Positions 1-11,438 are shown, counted from the stretch's first letter. The stretch is DNA of 64,000 bases from Ignavibacteriota bacterium (GCA_963790045.1 CAWBMS010000010.1:57228-121227); one strand, 5' to 3'. Numbers and translations are program-made. Notes: generated by a model not told the origin, from the sequence alone.

Positions 1-1393
1 GAAGTTCTTCATTCTCATTTGCTATTGGTTGTCGATAAGCGCTATCGATAGGAAGAATTTTTGCCGATGTGTTTTCCACCGCGGCAGATTTTTCGACGAT
101 GCGTGAATTCAACGTTCTAAACAATTGATCGCTTTCACGAATCAAATCTTCTTCTGCATACGTTAAAATATGCCGGTCGCGAACGTAAAATTCACCATGA
201 ATGATGACATCGCATACATCATGAGAACCGGCTTCATCTAATAAAAGGCGCAAAGATATTTCTGGATTGTCTTCATTGAGTGCGCTGTGTAATCTAAAAT
301 CTGTTGCATCTAAAAAAACAAGGTCGGCTTTTTTTCCGGTTTCAATACTTCCGGTTTCAGCCGCCATGCCCAACGCTTGAGCAGCATTGCGTGTGTGCAG
401 TGCCAGAAGTTGAAAGGGCTTTTCAGCAGGCAGTGAAAGTGATTGCAATATCGATGAATAAGCGCGAATATTTTCTAAAGGAGCAGGCATCCCCCAATCC
501 GTTCCGAGCGCAAACGGAATTTTATGTTTGGATAATTCACCCAGCGGTGGAAACATCGTTTCTTTTTTTAGAATTGAATTTGGAGAAAAGATAAACGGCT
601 TTTTTGATTTTGCCAGAAGATCATAATCTTGCTCTTCGTAACTTACAAGATGGGCAACGTGAACGGGAAGATCGAACAACCGGTATTCATGATAAAATTG
701 AATAATCGAAGTACGAAAATTTCGTTTGATGGTTTCAAAACCTTCCGGCGATTGTCCCAGATGCAAAATGATCGGCCATTGATGTTCTTTTGCCGTGCGA
801 ATGGTCGATTGTAATCCGTAGGTGGTAATATCGGCTTCGTTCTCAATCACCAAAGCAAATTTGATTGTTGGATTGTGAATGGTACGCGCTGCTTCGATTT
901 GATCAGCATTATGAAGGCCGATGAAGCCACGCAATTCCGCACGCTGCATAGAATCGTATGCGGCGCGGAAAGAAAAGTCCAAATGATCCATTCCGTATTC
1001 TGCTACCGTGGTAATACCGGAACGCAGCGCAGCAAAGTAGGCGAGACGATACATTGCGGAAAGCTCTTCTAACGATGCCACTTCATAAAAAAATTCCATT
1101 GCCTTGCGAATGCTTGGTATGCGTTTCCATTTTGCACTCGGATGACCAAGTGTAAAATAGTGCAGGAGAAACGATTCGCCGGAAAAATGTGCATCGATAA
1201 ATCCGGGGAGGATCACTTTTCCTGAAGCGTCGATCACTTCGGCATCGGGATACAGATGTTTGAGGACATCGGGATGCTTGCCGACATCAGTTATGCGATC
1301 ATTGATAAGCAGCAGAGACATTCTGCCCGCGTGATTTTGTGCATCGCCGGTAAAAACAAATCCATTTGCGATAATTTTTTTCGATTCTGCCAT
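1..1393 (-). CDS. amidohydrolase-family metal-dependent hydrolase (chlorohydrolase/deaminase-like); C-terminus lies beyond window start
   Basis: Absent from the ORF track because there is no stop in the window. Reverse-strand reading from ATG (complement of 1391-1393) stays open to position 1: MAESKKIIANGFVFTGDAQ...SGKVILPGFIDAHFSGESF...IPFALGTDWGMP...AAETGSIETGKKADLVFLD. The small + strand ORFs at 304-1501 are antisense shadows. Starts 10 nt after the cysS stop on the same strand. Confidence 0.75.
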   Translation of the reverse strand, partial: MAESKKIIANGFVFTGDAQNHAGRMSLLLINDRITDVGKHPDVLKHLYPDAEVIDASGKVILPGFIDAHFSGESFLLHYFTLGHPSAKWKRIPSIRKAMEFFYEVASLEELSAMYRLAYFAALRSGITTVAEYGMDHLDFSFRAAYDSMQRAELRGFIGLHNADQIEAARTIHNPTIKFALVIENEADITTYGLQSTIRTAKEHQWPIILHLGQSPEGFETIKRNFRTSIIQFYHEYRLFDLPVHVAHLVSYEEQDYDLLAKSKKPFIFSPNSILKKETMFPPLGELSKHKIPFALGTDWGMPAPLENIRAYSSILQSLSLPAEKPFQLLALHTRNAAQALGMAAETGSIETGKKADLVFLDATDFRLHSALNEDNPEISLRLLLDEAGSHDVCDVIIHGEFYVRDRHILTYAEEDLIRESDQLFRTLNSRIVEKSAAVENTSAKILPIDSAYRQPIANENEEL

Positions 1394-1402
1394 AGAATTA
1401 AT

Positions 1403-2860
1403 CTACGAAGTTTTCCGCCACGTTGTGCCGTCTTTTTTATCTTCAATTGTAAATCCAAGATTTTTCAATCCATCGCGAATGACATCCGACACCGCCCATA
1501 ATTTTTGTTTGCGAACTTCTGTGCGAACGTTGACGAACAAATCCAGCAATCCTGATTCAGTTGCTGCGTCTGCTGTTGTCGTTTCCTGTCTGTCGGTGAT
1601 AATGCCGAGAATCGTTCCGCCAAGTTCTGTGAACAGCGATTCACTTTTTTGCAGTGCATCCAGCGAAAGTTTTTTATCGGAGTTCAACGCCTGATTGATT
1701 TCTTTTGAAAGATCAAACAATATTGCAACACCTTGCGGTGCATTAAAATCATCGTTCAATGCGTCGAGGAATTGATTGCGGAAGGGAAGGACGTCTAATG
1801 TTTCGCCGTCGCTGCGCTGTTCAGTCTCAGCTTTTTTTATTTCGGCGCGGAGATTGCGAAGCGTATTCTGCAATTTTTCTAATCCAACATTTGCTCCGGC
1901 AAGCGCCTCATCGCTAAAATCCAACGTGCTACGATAATGGCTTTGCAGAATAAAAAATCGCACCACAAGCGGATCGAATTTTTTAAACGCATCTTTGAGC
2001 GTTACAAAATTACCAAGCGACTTGGACATCTTTTGTCCGTTCACGGTAACAAGATTATTGTGAATCCAGTATTTTACAAACGGTTTTCCGGTTGCAGCTT
2101 CGCTTTGTGCAATTTCACATTCGTGATGTGGAAATTGATTGTCCATACCGCCGCCGTGAATATCAAAACTTTCACCCAAATATTTCATCGACATAGCGGA
2201 GCATTCAATATGCCAGCCGGGAAATCCTTCGCCCCACGGACTCGGCCAGTGCATAATGTGTCCGCCTTCTGCTTTTTTCCACAAGGCAAAATCGGCAGGG
2301 TGGCGTTTCTCTGAACGCGAATCCACGCGCGTTCCTTCCATAGATTCTTCCAGCACGCGGCCGGAAAGTTTTCCGTAGTTCTGAAATTTCTGTACATCGT
2401 AATACACATTACCATCGACTTCGTATGCGAATCCGTTTGCAAGAAGTTTTTTAATAATTTCGATTTGTTCGATGATGTGTCCAGTGGCATGCGGCGAAAT
2501 ATCAGGGCGCAGAACATTTAACGCATCCATATCTTCAAAATAACTGCGCGTAATTTCTTCGGCGATTTGCATGGGGTGCACACGATTGATGCGCGCTTGC
2601 TTAATCATCTTATCTTCGCCTTCATCGGCGTTGTCCGTCAAATGTCCGACATCGGTAATGTTTTGCACATAGAGAACTTTGTAGCCGAGATAGCGCAAGT
2701 AGCGAACGATCACATCGAACGCAACATAACTTTTTCCGTGGCCGATGTGCGAATGGCTGTAAACGGTAGGGCCGCATACATACATTCCTACGAATCCTTC
2801 GTGGAGAGGTTTGAATTCTTCTTTTTGTCGTGTCAATGTATTATATAAAACTAAACTCAT
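1403..2860 (-). CDS. cysS: cysteine--tRNA ligase
   Basis: 485-aa ORF. Class I aaRS HIGH motif (SHSHIGHGKSY) and KMSKS motif (QKMSKSLGN). CysRS-typical N-terminus MSLVLYNTLTRQKEEF. Confidence 0.95.
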   Translation of the reverse strand: MSLVLYNTLTRQKEEFKPLHEGFVGMYVCGPTVYSHSHIGHGKSYVAFDVIVRYLRYLGYKVLYVQNITDVGHLTDNADEGEDKMIKQARINRVHPMQIAEEITRSYFEDMDALNVLRPDISPHATGHIIEQIEIIKKLLANGFAYEVDGNVYYDVQKFQNYGKLSGRVLEESMEGTRVDSRSEKRHPADFALWKKAEGGHIMHWPSPWGEGFPGWHIECSAMSMKYLGESFDIHGGGMDNQFPHHECEIAQSEAATGKPFVKYWIHNNLVTVNGQKMSKSLGNFVTLKDAFKKFDPLVVRFFILQSHYRSTLDFSDEALAGANVGLEKLQNTLRNLRAEIKKAETEQRSDGETLDVLPFRNQFLDALNDDFNAPQGVAILFDLSKEINQALNSDKKLSLDALQKSESLFTELGGTILGIITDRQETTTADAATESGLLDLFVNVRTEVRKQKLWAVSDVIRDGLKNLGFTIEDKKDGTTWRKTS

Positions 2861-2917
2861 TCCTGACCTTTTTCTTCTTTCTTATCTCAATGACTTAACG
2901 GCTTATCTACTCAACGA

Positions 2918-4636
2918 CTATCGTTTTCCAATCAACTCTCTCGCTCCGTTCAAACTTGCTTCCGTTACTTCTTCACCGCTAAGCAGCCGTGCGACTTCCC
3001 GAACGTGTTCTTCTTCGTCTAATTTTTTGATGGAAGAAGTTGTTCGCTGTTTGTTCTCGTTTTTTTCGACTGCAAAATGGCAATCGGCAAAGCCGGCAAT
3101 TTGCGGCAGGTGAGTGATAGAAATAATCTGATGAAACTCTGATAAACTTTTTAAACTTTTTCCAACTGCTTGGGCTATGCGTCCGCTAATGCCGACATCG
3201 ATTTCATCGAACACAAGAAGCGGCAGGCGGTCTGCTTTGGCTAGAATTGTTTTCAGCGCAAGCATAATGCGGGAAATTTCCCCGCCGGATGCAACTTTGA
3301 CTAACGGCTTTAAATCTTCGCCGATGTTGCTGGAAAGATAAAACTCCACTTCATCGATGCCGTTCGGTGCTGCTTCATAAAAATCTTTGCCGAGTTTGAC
3401 GTACGCAAATTGTGCTGCGCCATTGTCTTTGGCAATCAATTTGTTTTCAATCTTCACATCGAACTGCGCATTGGGAATGCCGAGCTTCGCTAATTCCGTG
3501 CAAACGGATTTACAGATCGTTGCAACCAACTCGCGTCGTTTTGTGGAAAGCCGCTGAGCTGCCGCCGAGCAAATCTTGCGTTCTGCATCGATCTGCTCGT
3601 TCAGCTTTTTCATCTCGGCTTCGTAATTTTCTGCAAAGGCAAATTCTGTTCCGATTTTTTCTCGATGTGCAATCACCGCTTCCAAGGTGCCGCCGTATTT
3701 TTTCTTCAACAGCGTCAGTTGTCCAAGGCGATTACGAATCTCTTCTAATCGATCGGGATTGAATTCGATCTTGGAATTATAATTTTGAATAAACTTTGTC
3801 AACTCGTCGATGATGGCCGTTGCCGAGGCACATTCGTTTTTAGAATCTTCAAATGCTGTGTCGATCTGTGCTAAGTCTTCCAACTGATTGCGCGCTTTTA
3901 CTAACACATCGTAGGCAGATTGTTCGCCTTCATACAGCGATTGATATAATTGCGATGTAGCTTCAAAAAGCTTTTCGGAATTTTCTAAAATGCGCAGCTC
4001 GTTTTCTAATTCTGTTTCTTCACCTGCATGCGGATCGACGGCATCGATTTCTTTGATCTGGAAATCATACAGATCGCGTTTCTCTTTCAACTCGTGTTCT
4101 TTGTGCGTGAGGTCGCGCAACACGGTGAACAATGCCGATAGGCGATGATAGGGCTGTTGATATTCTTCAATCAATCCCTCCAAGCCGCCGAATTCATCCA
4201 ATTGATCGATGTGCGTTTCAGCGCGCAGCAACGATTGATGTTCATGCTGTCCGTGCAAATCCACAAGATGATCGCCGATAGTTTTCAAAACCGTTAAGGG
4301 AACAGGCGTGTCATTCACAAAGCAGCGGGATTGTCCTTTGGCAGAAATGTCGCGGCGCAAGATCAGATCCTCTTGCACTTCAATTTCATTCTCTTCAAGC
4401 AGTATTTTAACTTTTTTATTTCCAGACAAACCGAAGATTCCTTCGACGACGGCTTTATCGGTTCCTTTGCGTACTACATCTGTACTGGCGCGCTCGCCGA
4501 GAATTAAACTCAGCGCATCGATGATAATCGATTTGCCTGCGCCGGTTTCGCCTGTCAAAATATTCAAACCGCTTTCGAATTCTACTTCTACGGATTCGAT
4601 GAGTGCATAATTTTTTATGGAAAGTGATTTCAGCAT
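2918..4636 (-). CDS. recN: DNA repair protein RecN
   Basis: 572-aa ORF. N-terminal Walker A LTGETGAGKS, long coiled-coil middle, C-terminal SGGEISRIMLALK signature and LLVFDEID Walker B. Confidence 0.93.
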   Translation of the reverse strand: MLKSLSIKNYALIESVEVEFESGLNILTGETGAGKSIIIDALSLILGERASTDVVRKGTDKAVVEGIFGLSGNKKVKILLEENEIEVQEDLILRRDISAKGQSRCFVNDTPVPLTVLKTIGDHLVDLHGQHEHQSLLRAETHIDQLDEFGGLEGLIEEYQQPYHRLSALFTVLRDLTHKEHELKEKRDLYDFQIKEIDAVDPHAGEETELENELRILENSEKLFEATSQLYQSLYEGEQSAYDVLVKARNQLEDLAQIDTAFEDSKNECASATAIIDELTKFIQNYNSKIEFNPDRLEEIRNRLGQLTLLKKKYGGTLEAVIAHREKIGTEFAFAENYEAEMKKLNEQIDAERKICSAAAQRLSTKRRELVATICKSVCTELAKLGIPNAQFDVKIENKLIAKDNGAAQFAYVKLGKDFYEAAPNGIDEVEFYLSSNIGEDLKPLVKVASGGEISRIMLALKTILAKADRLPLLVFDEIDVGISGRIAQAVGKSLKSLSEFHQIISITHLPQIAGFADCHFAVEKNENKQRTTSSIKKLDEEEHVREVARLLSGEEVTEASLNGARELIGKR

Positions 4637-4733
4637 TGCAATTGCTAAAATGTAATCAAAAATGATGGAATTTCAATGAGGTACGGTGGAGAAAAAAACG
4701 ATCAAATTATGATCAAGTAAATGTCATTCAAAG

Positions 4734-4765
4734 AAAATGCGATCCCAACCTCGAATCGCATTTTT
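4734..4765 (-). terminator. rho-independent terminator-like hairpin downstream of the 4853-5857 gene
   Basis: AAAATGCGAT (4734-4743) pairs with ATCGCATTTT (4755-4764) around an 11-nt loop. A/T runs on both sides allow it to work in either direction. Confidence 0.6.
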
Positions 4766-4852
4766 CCTTATTAAATCCTTTTTCCAAAGGGAAGTGTCTG
4801 ACACCTGCCCATGTTAAAAACTAAGAAAGGCGTCTGACACTTTACGTGTAAT

Positions 4853-5857
4853 TTACTCGCGCCGCCCTTCGCGTTCTTCACGCTTCGGCTCAGGTGCTGG
4901 CTTCGGTTGTTTTTCGTACCGTTGCAATAACTCCTGCCGGCGTTGCGGAGCAGCTCGTACGACACGCTGCCGCGGTTGAACGATGACCGTTGCGGGGCGG
5001 GCGTTGGGAATTGTTTGTACGCGTTCTACATGCTTTACATCGATAGAAACATTTCTGTCGCCGCGTTTAATATCGATGCGTTCATTATCGCGCTGTAATT
5101 CTGTACGGTTCGGGCGGTACACTTCAATCTGTCTGCCGCCGCCGATGTGTTCTCCTTGTGTTGTGCGAACTTCACGCACATCGAAACGATTGACGCGAAT
5201 GCCGCCGCGCTGTTCGATGATCGCACGATCGAAGCCGCGATTGATGACGACTTCGCCATGCACATCGTAGGTTCGTCCAAAATTTCCACCGCGAATAATG
5301 ACGCCGACATTGCGTTCAGGAACAAAATCTCGATAGCGGACGGCTCCGCCGAAACGAGCATAGGGAATGAAATTCCAGTAATGTGCAGGTGCATGCCATT
5401 CGGTGGTAAAACGAATTCCAACATGCATATCGAACACGGCATACGGCGGTAACGGCGCCCAGCCGACATACGCATCGTTGTTGCACCATTCTACCCACGC
5501 AGGCCCCCACGTATCATCCGGCACCCAGACCCAGCCGTAATAATCATCGCAATACCATCGTCCGTAATGATAGGTGACCCAGCCGAATGGTTCATCCGAA
5601 ACCCAGTACCAACCGTAATCATCCGTCCAAGCCCATCGTCCTAACATATAAGGACGCCAGTGAGGTTTTACGTTAAACGGACGCCAGACAACAAAGCCGG
5701 GTCGTGCTTCGATCCACTCGCCATGCGGACTGAGCGATGAATAGAAAAATCCGACATGCACGCCTTCAGGCGGTTCGGATACAGGTGCTGCTTTCGCTTG
5801 TTGATGCAGTGTGCCGATGGCGCTTATAAGTATCAATGATAAAAGAATTCGTTTCAT
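4853..5857 (-). CDS. exported W/Y/G-rich repeat protein of unknown function
   Basis: 334-aa ORF with signal peptide MKRILLSLILISAIGTLHQQAKA. Repeated aromatic motifs (GWYWVSDEPFGWVTYHYGRWYCDDYYGWVWVPDDTWGPAWVEW). Basic/charged C-terminal tail. I cannot name the family with certainty. Confidence 0.7.
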   Translation of the reverse strand: MKRILLSLILISAIGTLHQQAKAAPVSEPPEGVHVGFFYSSLSPHGEWIEARPGFVVWRPFNVKPHWRPYMLGRWAWTDDYGWYWVSDEPFGWVTYHYGRWYCDDYYGWVWVPDDTWGPAWVEWCNNDAYVGWAPLPPYAVFDMHVGIRFTTEWHAPAHYWNFIPYARFGGAVRYRDFVPERNVGVIIRGGNFGRTYDVHGEVVINRGFDRAIIEQRGGIRVNRFDVREVRTTQGEHIGGGRQIEVYRPNRTELQRDNERIDIKRGDRNVSIDVKHVERVQTIPNARPATVIVQPRQRVVRAAPQRRQELLQRYEKQPKPAPEPKREEREGRRE

Positions 5858-6131
5858 AAATTACCTTTCAAATATCTCTATAAAACTTATCAAGCGGTGT
5901 ACCACAAATTTATTGTGTCTTTGGGACTTTTTTCGGCAGTAGCAATGTTGTAAGTGTATAAGAAAATAGGCATACTGTCCAATCTTGAAGACGCAGAGAA
6001 ATGAAAAGAAGGTTTGCATTCAAGGCGACAATAGAGTATTTTATAGAAGAAACCGAAGCGGAGAAGCCACACCGAGATCGGCACATGTTAAAAGCTGTGG
6101 CGTGCAATAAATAACGGGAAGAGTGAGAACA

Positions 6132-7124
6132 ATGACATCTTATAAAGAATTGGGATTAGTAAATTCCAGAGAACTTTTTCAGAAAGCTGTAAAAGGCGGT
6201 TATGCTATTCCAGCTTACAATTTTAATAACTTAGAGCAGTTGCAGGCAATTATCGCTGCGTGCGTGGAAACAAAGTCGCCCGTCATTCTGCAAGTATCCA
6301 GTGGCGCGCGTAAATATGCCAACGCAACATTACTCAAGCATCTTGCCAAAGGCGCAGTCGAGTATGCAAAAGAATTGGGCTATGCAATTCCTATCGTGCT
6401 GCATCTCGATCATGGCGATACGTTTGAACTTTGTGTTTCGTGTATCGAATCCGGATTTTCTTCCGTGATGATCGATGGCTCGCATCATCCGTACGATAAG
6501 AATGTGGAACTGACGAAGAAGGTTGTCGAATACGCACACAAGTATGATGTAACCGTCGAAGGCGAACTCGGTGTGCTGGCGGGAATTGAAGATGCAGTTT
6601 CCAGTGCTGTTACGCATTACACCAAGCCGGAAGAAGTAGAAGATTTTGTGAAGAAGACGAATGTGGATTCGCTTGCGATTTCCATCGGCACTTCGCACGG
6701 TGCAAACAAATTTAAACCGGAACAATGCACACGCACACCGGATGGCGTATTACTTCCGCCGCCGCTTCGGTTCGATATTCTGGAAGAATGTGAAAAACGT
6801 ATTCCGGGATTTCCGATTGTACTGCATGGCTCTTCATCTGTTCCTGTGGATTTAGTAAAGATCATCAACAGCAACGGTGGGAAGATGAAGGATGCTGTTG
6901 GAATTCCCGAAGAGCAATTACGCAAAGCAGCGGCATCCGCGGTATGTAAAATCAACATCGATTCGGATGGACGCATTGCCATGACTGCCGCTGTGCGAAA
7001 AACGTTGACGGAGAATCCGGCGGAATTCGATCCGCGGAAATATCTCGGGCCAGCGCGCGATCAGTTGAAGGAATTATACAAGCACAAAAATATCAATGTG
7101 CTTGGCAGTGCAGGCAAAGCATAA
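6132..7124 (+). CDS. fba: class II fructose-1,6-bisphosphate aldolase
   Basis: ORF track 6123-7124. ATG at 6132 (MTSYKELG) is the more likely start. Typical class II FBA sequence (PAYNFNNLEQLQAI...VILQVSSGARKY...HLDHG...SVMIDGSH...EGELG). Confidence 0.92.
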   Translation: MTSYKELGLVNSRELFQKAVKGGYAIPAYNFNNLEQLQAIIAACVETKSPVILQVSSGARKYANATLLKHLAKGAVEYAKELGYAIPIVLHLDHGDTFELCVSCIESGFSSVMIDGSHHPYDKNVELTKKVVEYAHKYDVTVEGELGVLAGIEDAVSSAVTHYTKPEEVEDFVKKTNVDSLAISIGTSHGANKFKPEQCTRTPDGVLLPPPLRFDILEECEKRIPGFPIVLHGSSSVPVDLVKIINSNGGKMKDAVGIPEEQLRKAAASAVCKINIDSDGRIAMTAAVRKTLTENPAEFDPRKYLGPARDQLKELYKHKNINVLGSAGKA

Positions 7125-7150
7125 TTCTTTTTAGCATATCAACAGTACAA

Positions 7151-7179
7151 AAAACCCGTTGCATTCCGACGGGTTTTTT
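7151..7179 (+). terminator. rho-independent terminator after fba
   Basis: AAAACCCGT (7151-7159) pairs with ACGGGTTTT (7169-7177), followed by a T-run. Confidence 0.8.
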
Positions 7180-7340
7180 ATTGTTCGCAGTATCACACCG
7201 CATTATTCTATATTGAATATGTAACAAAATATGTTCATCATCGTATATTCAGAAAATTCCTTCATTCATCATAGTCGAGAGGAATTTTTATTGTCATCCT
7301 GTTAGAAGTTTAAAAAGTTCACCGCTGAATTAGGAAGAGT

Positions 7341-9861
7341 ATGAAATGGATTAGTGTTTTATCCTTTGTCTTGATATGGAATTCAACGTTGTGGGGACAA
7401 CAATATCGAGGAGAAATTGCCGGTTCTGTGACCGACAGCAAAACTCAAGAGCCGCTGCCCGCAGTCAATATACAAATTATGGAACAACCGTCGTTTGGTG
7501 CATCATCGGATTCATCCGGTTATTTTACGATCAAGAATATTCCGGTCGGAACGTATCGCTTGAAAGCTGCGATCATCGGCTATGATGGAACGATTGTGAC
7601 CAACGTTGTCGTTTCAACCGGGCGCAGTACAAAACTGGCGATCAAATTATCGGAGCAAGCAATAGAAACGAGCGGTATGACGGTACAGGCATCGTATTTC
7701 AGCCGCGAGAATGAAATTGCACCGATCAGTATGAATAACTATGATCGCGCCGAAGTGAAGCGCCAGCCGGGATCTGTGCAGGATGTTCAGCGCGTAGTTC
7801 AAAATCTGCCCGGCATTGCAAGCTCGAATGATAATGTGAATGAGCTCATCGTGCGCGGCGGTGCGCCGTACGAAAACTTAACGGTGATGGATTATATGGA
7901 AATTCCATCGATCAATCATTATCCGAATGAATTCAACTCTGCCGGTCCTATCAGACATGATCAACATCGATTTGGTTGATGATGTCCAATTTTCTGCGGG
8001 CGGTTTTCCGGTGCAGTACGGAGATAAAATGTCTTCGGTCATGGATTTGAAAATTCGTGAAGGTGACCGAGAAAAAAGTTTTGCATCGAACAGCGGATTC
8101 AATATGGCCGGTTTCGGTACGTTGATGGAAGGGAAGATCGCCGATGGAAAAGGATCGTGGATTTTTTCCGCACGGCAAAGTTTGCTTGAAGTAATCGATA
8201 AACTTGTCGGTATGTCTGCAATTTCTCTTACCGCTATTCCGAAGTATTGGGATACGCAGGCAAAGATTGTCTATGATCTTTCGCCGTCGACCAAAGTATC
8301 AATCAGCGGATTATACGGCGACAGCAAAATTTATATTGCCGGCGATCCGAAGGAAAGCAATGCGCAAAAAGCAGGCATCACAGATTCAAGCAGCGTCGAA
8401 AACATCGATGATCACAGCAAGCAATATGTGCTCGGCATGAATATAAAACAACTCTGGGGCAAAGATGGTTATTCGGTCTTAACTTTTTATACTGTTGGCT
8501 CGCAAAATCATGTTGATGTTCAGGATAATTTTACGCGGCGTGTGTATGACGGTGGGGGAAATGTTGTGGACTATTCAATGCTCAATACTTCGCCGGTGTT
8601 TAATAGCCATGACGATGAATCGTTTCTCGCTCTGAAATACGATATGTTTTATAAAATTCATCCGCAGCATGACCTTTCTCTCGGAGCACAAATTCAGACG
8701 ACGAGTCATTGGGATGGATTGACAACATTTGCCGGAACACAAAAGCGATACGATCTCAACCATGACGGTGTTTATGAAACAATGCCATCTTCAACACCAA
8801 GCGGAAATATCCAGAACGATCTTTCGTTTGGCGATGCAAGTAAATATTCTGCTTATGCCGGCGATCATTATTCGGTTCTTCCACAACTCTCGCTGACATT
8901 CGGTTTACGCTATGATTATTTTACTTATTCACACCAAGGACAATTCAGTCCGCGTGGATGCATATCGTACGATATTTTTCCGCCGACAACGACTCTCTCA
9001 CTTGCGGCCGGTGAATATTATCAAACGCAACCGCTTCCCTATTATGCCGACAATCGATCTATCGGATACAACAAAGACCTTGCAAATGCAAAATCCGATC
9101 ATGTGGTGTTAGGATTGCAGCACATTATGGATGACGGTATTAAATTAAGTGTCGAAGCGTATTATAAAAAATTCTCAAATCTTTGTGTCAGCGAACAATT
9201 CATATATTCCGCCATCGATACGTTTTGGTCTGATAAAAATTTGGCGATTGGCGAACGGACATCGTACGGGCTCGAATTCTTTCTTCAAAAAAAGCAGGCA
9301 ACCAATTATTATGGAACAGTAAGCATTTCACTTTCTCAAACCGAAGAAACTGATCCTCGTATTCCTCCAGAAGTAAAGACCTATCACTCGCAATATGATT
9401 ATCCGGTTATTATCAATCTTGTCGGTGGAAAAATTTCAAAAGGCGCTCGCTCTTGGCTGAACGAGCAGCCATTCTTTATAAAGTATCCATCGTACATTTT
9501 ACCTATCTCCGATGAAATGGAAATAAGTTTTCGCTACCGCTATCAAACTGGCGGGCCATATACGCCGAATATATTTGTCACGAACGAACAAGAATGGGAA
9601 GGCAATATCAAATGGTCAAAGGGTGTGTGGGTTGCTTCGAACGATATTAATTCGGCACGATATCCCGATTATAGCAGATTAGATTTGCAATGGATCAGCA
9701 GATTTTATATGCAAAATTGGAACATCAATGTTTATATTGCATTGATGAATGTTCTGAACAGGAAAAATGTTTTTTATTATGAATATCGAAGCGATGGAAC
9801 GAAAGAAACAGTGTACCAGTTTGCGTTCTTTCCTGTTGGCGGAATCGAAATCGAATTTTAA
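7341..9861 (+). pseudogene. TonB-dependent outer-membrane receptor with N-terminal carboxypeptidase-regulatory-like domain; one frame break
   Basis: ORFs 7341-7979 and 7927-9861 are two halves of one protein. The first ends ...INHYPNEFNSAGPI. The second continues (D)MINIDLVDDVQFSAGGFPVQYGDKMSSVMDLKIREG (plug domain). The C-terminus ends in the barrel-typical aromatic residue (GGIEIEF). Break at ~7950-7957, frame shifts by +1. Confidence 0.85.
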
Positions 9862-9882
9862 TCCGACACTTTTTTTGTCCGA

Positions 9883-10428
9883 TTATTTTGCAATACCGAT
9901 CACTCCGTTTCCAATTCTCGCTCCAGCATTACCGGTCGGCTGAGTGGTAAAGTCATCTTCTTTTTCATGAATAATGACTGAACGCCCAATGATGGAAGAT
10001 GTGTCATCAAGTTTCATAACGGGATCGATATAATCTAATTGCGCATTGCCGTTTTCATCTGCCACAATATTTCCCATATCGCCTGCATGACGTTTTTGGT
10101 TTGACGGCATGCTGTGCGGCATACCGGACGGATTAAAGTGGCCGCCCGCGGAAGTACCGTCTTCAGATCGAATATCACCGAATTCATGGACATGAAATCC
10201 ATGTTTTCCTGGTTTTAATCCTGTAATTGTTGCAACAATGTGAACTCCTTTTTCTGTTGTCTCAAACGTAACCATACCGTGTACGGCGTTTCCTTTGGTT
10301 GGAGTTATAATCGCCACAGCACGTGTTACCATCGGCATCTTATGAATCATGCGTTTCTCTTGTGCAGAGAGGAACTGTATGCTTACAAGAATGCATACGA
10401 TAAAAAAATTAACGATATGTTTTTTCAT
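9883..10428 (-). CDS. sodC: Cu/Zn superoxide dismutase, exported
   Basis: HGFHVHEFGD copper-ligand motif, GGHFNP, signal peptide MKKHIVNFFIVCILVSIQFLSA. Start chosen at 10428 because AAGGAG lies 5 nt upstream. The ORF track extends to 10446. Confidence 0.92.
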   Translation of the reverse strand: MKKHIVNFFIVCILVSIQFLSAQEKRMIHKMPMVTRAVAIITPTKGNAVHGMVTFETTEKGVHIVATITGLKPGKHGFHVHEFGDIRSEDGTSAGGHFNPSGMPHSMPSNQKRHAGDMGNIVADENGNAQLDYIDPVMKLDDTSSIIGRSVIIHEKEDDFTTQPTGNAGARIGNGVIGIAK

Positions 10429-10632
10429 ACAAACTCCTTTCATCATTGTGCTTGTTCATGTTCTTCTATCACAACCATATTTTTGAGAGATAAGTTGCAT
10501 TGCCAGATGACCGTCAACGTTTGCAACAGCCTATACAATGGCAGGTGGAACCGGGGTGTATATTTATTCGTTTGATAAGGTGATAAAAAAACAAAAATAG
10601 GTTTGACCAGATCATCTTAGGATAATTGTAGA

Positions 10633-11375
10633 ATGAAAAATCGGCGTTTATTATTTTCTTCGAGTATCGTTCTCTTTCTTTTTTTTTCTGTAAAATCAGT
10701 TGCCGGCCCGCCTTTTAGAACTGATGATCCTCAACCTGTTGACTTTCAGCACTGGGAGTTCTATATCGCATCTATGCAACAGTTCGATCATCAAGGAACA
10801 AGCGTTACTGCTCCTCATTTCGAAATCAACTACGGAATTATTCAAGACTGTACAGCTTCATCTTGTCGCTCCACTGGGATATGTACACACTACGCAGGCA
10901 ACACATTATGGATACTCTGATACGGAACTTGGCGTCAAATATCGATTTATTGAAGAAACGGAAACCGTTCCGCAAATAGGAATATTTCCTTTAGTTGAAC
11001 TGCCAACGGGCAATGAAGATAAACAATTAGGTGCTGGCAAAACTCAAGTGTATTTTCCCATCTGGGTTCAGAAGAGTTGGGAAAATTGGACGACGTACGG
11101 CGGCGGCGGTTTTTGGTATAATCCCGTGCCCGGTCAACAAAATTGGATGTTTACAGGATGGGAACTTCAGTACCGATTTTTCAAAAGTTTTCACGCTGGG
11201 TGGAGAGTTGTGTTACCAGACTTCCAACGAACCAGATTCTGAAGGATCGGTTTTGTTGAATGTCGGTGGTTTCATAAATTTCAATGAGTCAAATCATCTA
11301 TTGTTTTCATTAGGCCACAGTTTATCAGGCGCTGCAACGATTACTGGATATATCGGATATCAACTGACGATGTAA
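10633..11375 (+). pseudogene. outer-membrane beta-barrel protein (MetA-pathway/transporter-like family); two frame breaks
   Basis: Three overlapping ORFs (10633-10920, 10700-11242, 11031-11375) join into one protein. Signal peptide + GPPFRTDDPQPVDFQHWEFY...NYGIIQD | VQLHLVAPLGYVHT...WELQYRF | SKVFTLGGELCYQT...GYIGYQLTM. Breaks at ~10849 (GAC-t-GTA) and in a T5 run at 11177-11181. Both shift +1. Confidence 0.75.
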
Positions 11376-11407
11376 TTACACATTTTCGTGAAAGCAGATG
11401 TAAAACT

Positions 11408-11438
11408 GAAAAACCTCGGTAGATGCTCCGAGGTTTTT
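11408..11438. terminator. bidirectional rho-independent terminator between convergent genes
   Basis: AAACCTCGG (11411-11419) pairs with CCGAGGTTT (11428-11436). An A-run precedes it and a T-run follows. It sits between the + strand OMP gene and the - strand glnS. Confidence 0.8.

Noticed and set aside
304-1501. Several 60-96-aa + strand ORFs in the ORF track at the left edge
   Set aside because: They lie antisense to a continuous, well-conserved amidohydrolase reading frame on the minus strand. That frame is missed by the track only because its stop is outside the window.
4792-4841. Two copies of AAGG..GTCTGACAC, 37 bp apart, downstream of the 4853-5857 gene
   Set aside because: The motif is short (about 10-13 nt) and near-palindromic, with no flanking structure and only two copies. 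That is not enough to call a repeat family or a binding site.
7252-7288. Hairpin AAAATTCCT...AGGAATTTT upstream of the TonB-dependent receptor; a cobalamin or other riboswitch was looked for
   Set aside because: No B12-box or other riboswitch core is recognisable in 7180-7340. A 17-nt loop and a short T-tract make it a weak structure of unclear meaning.
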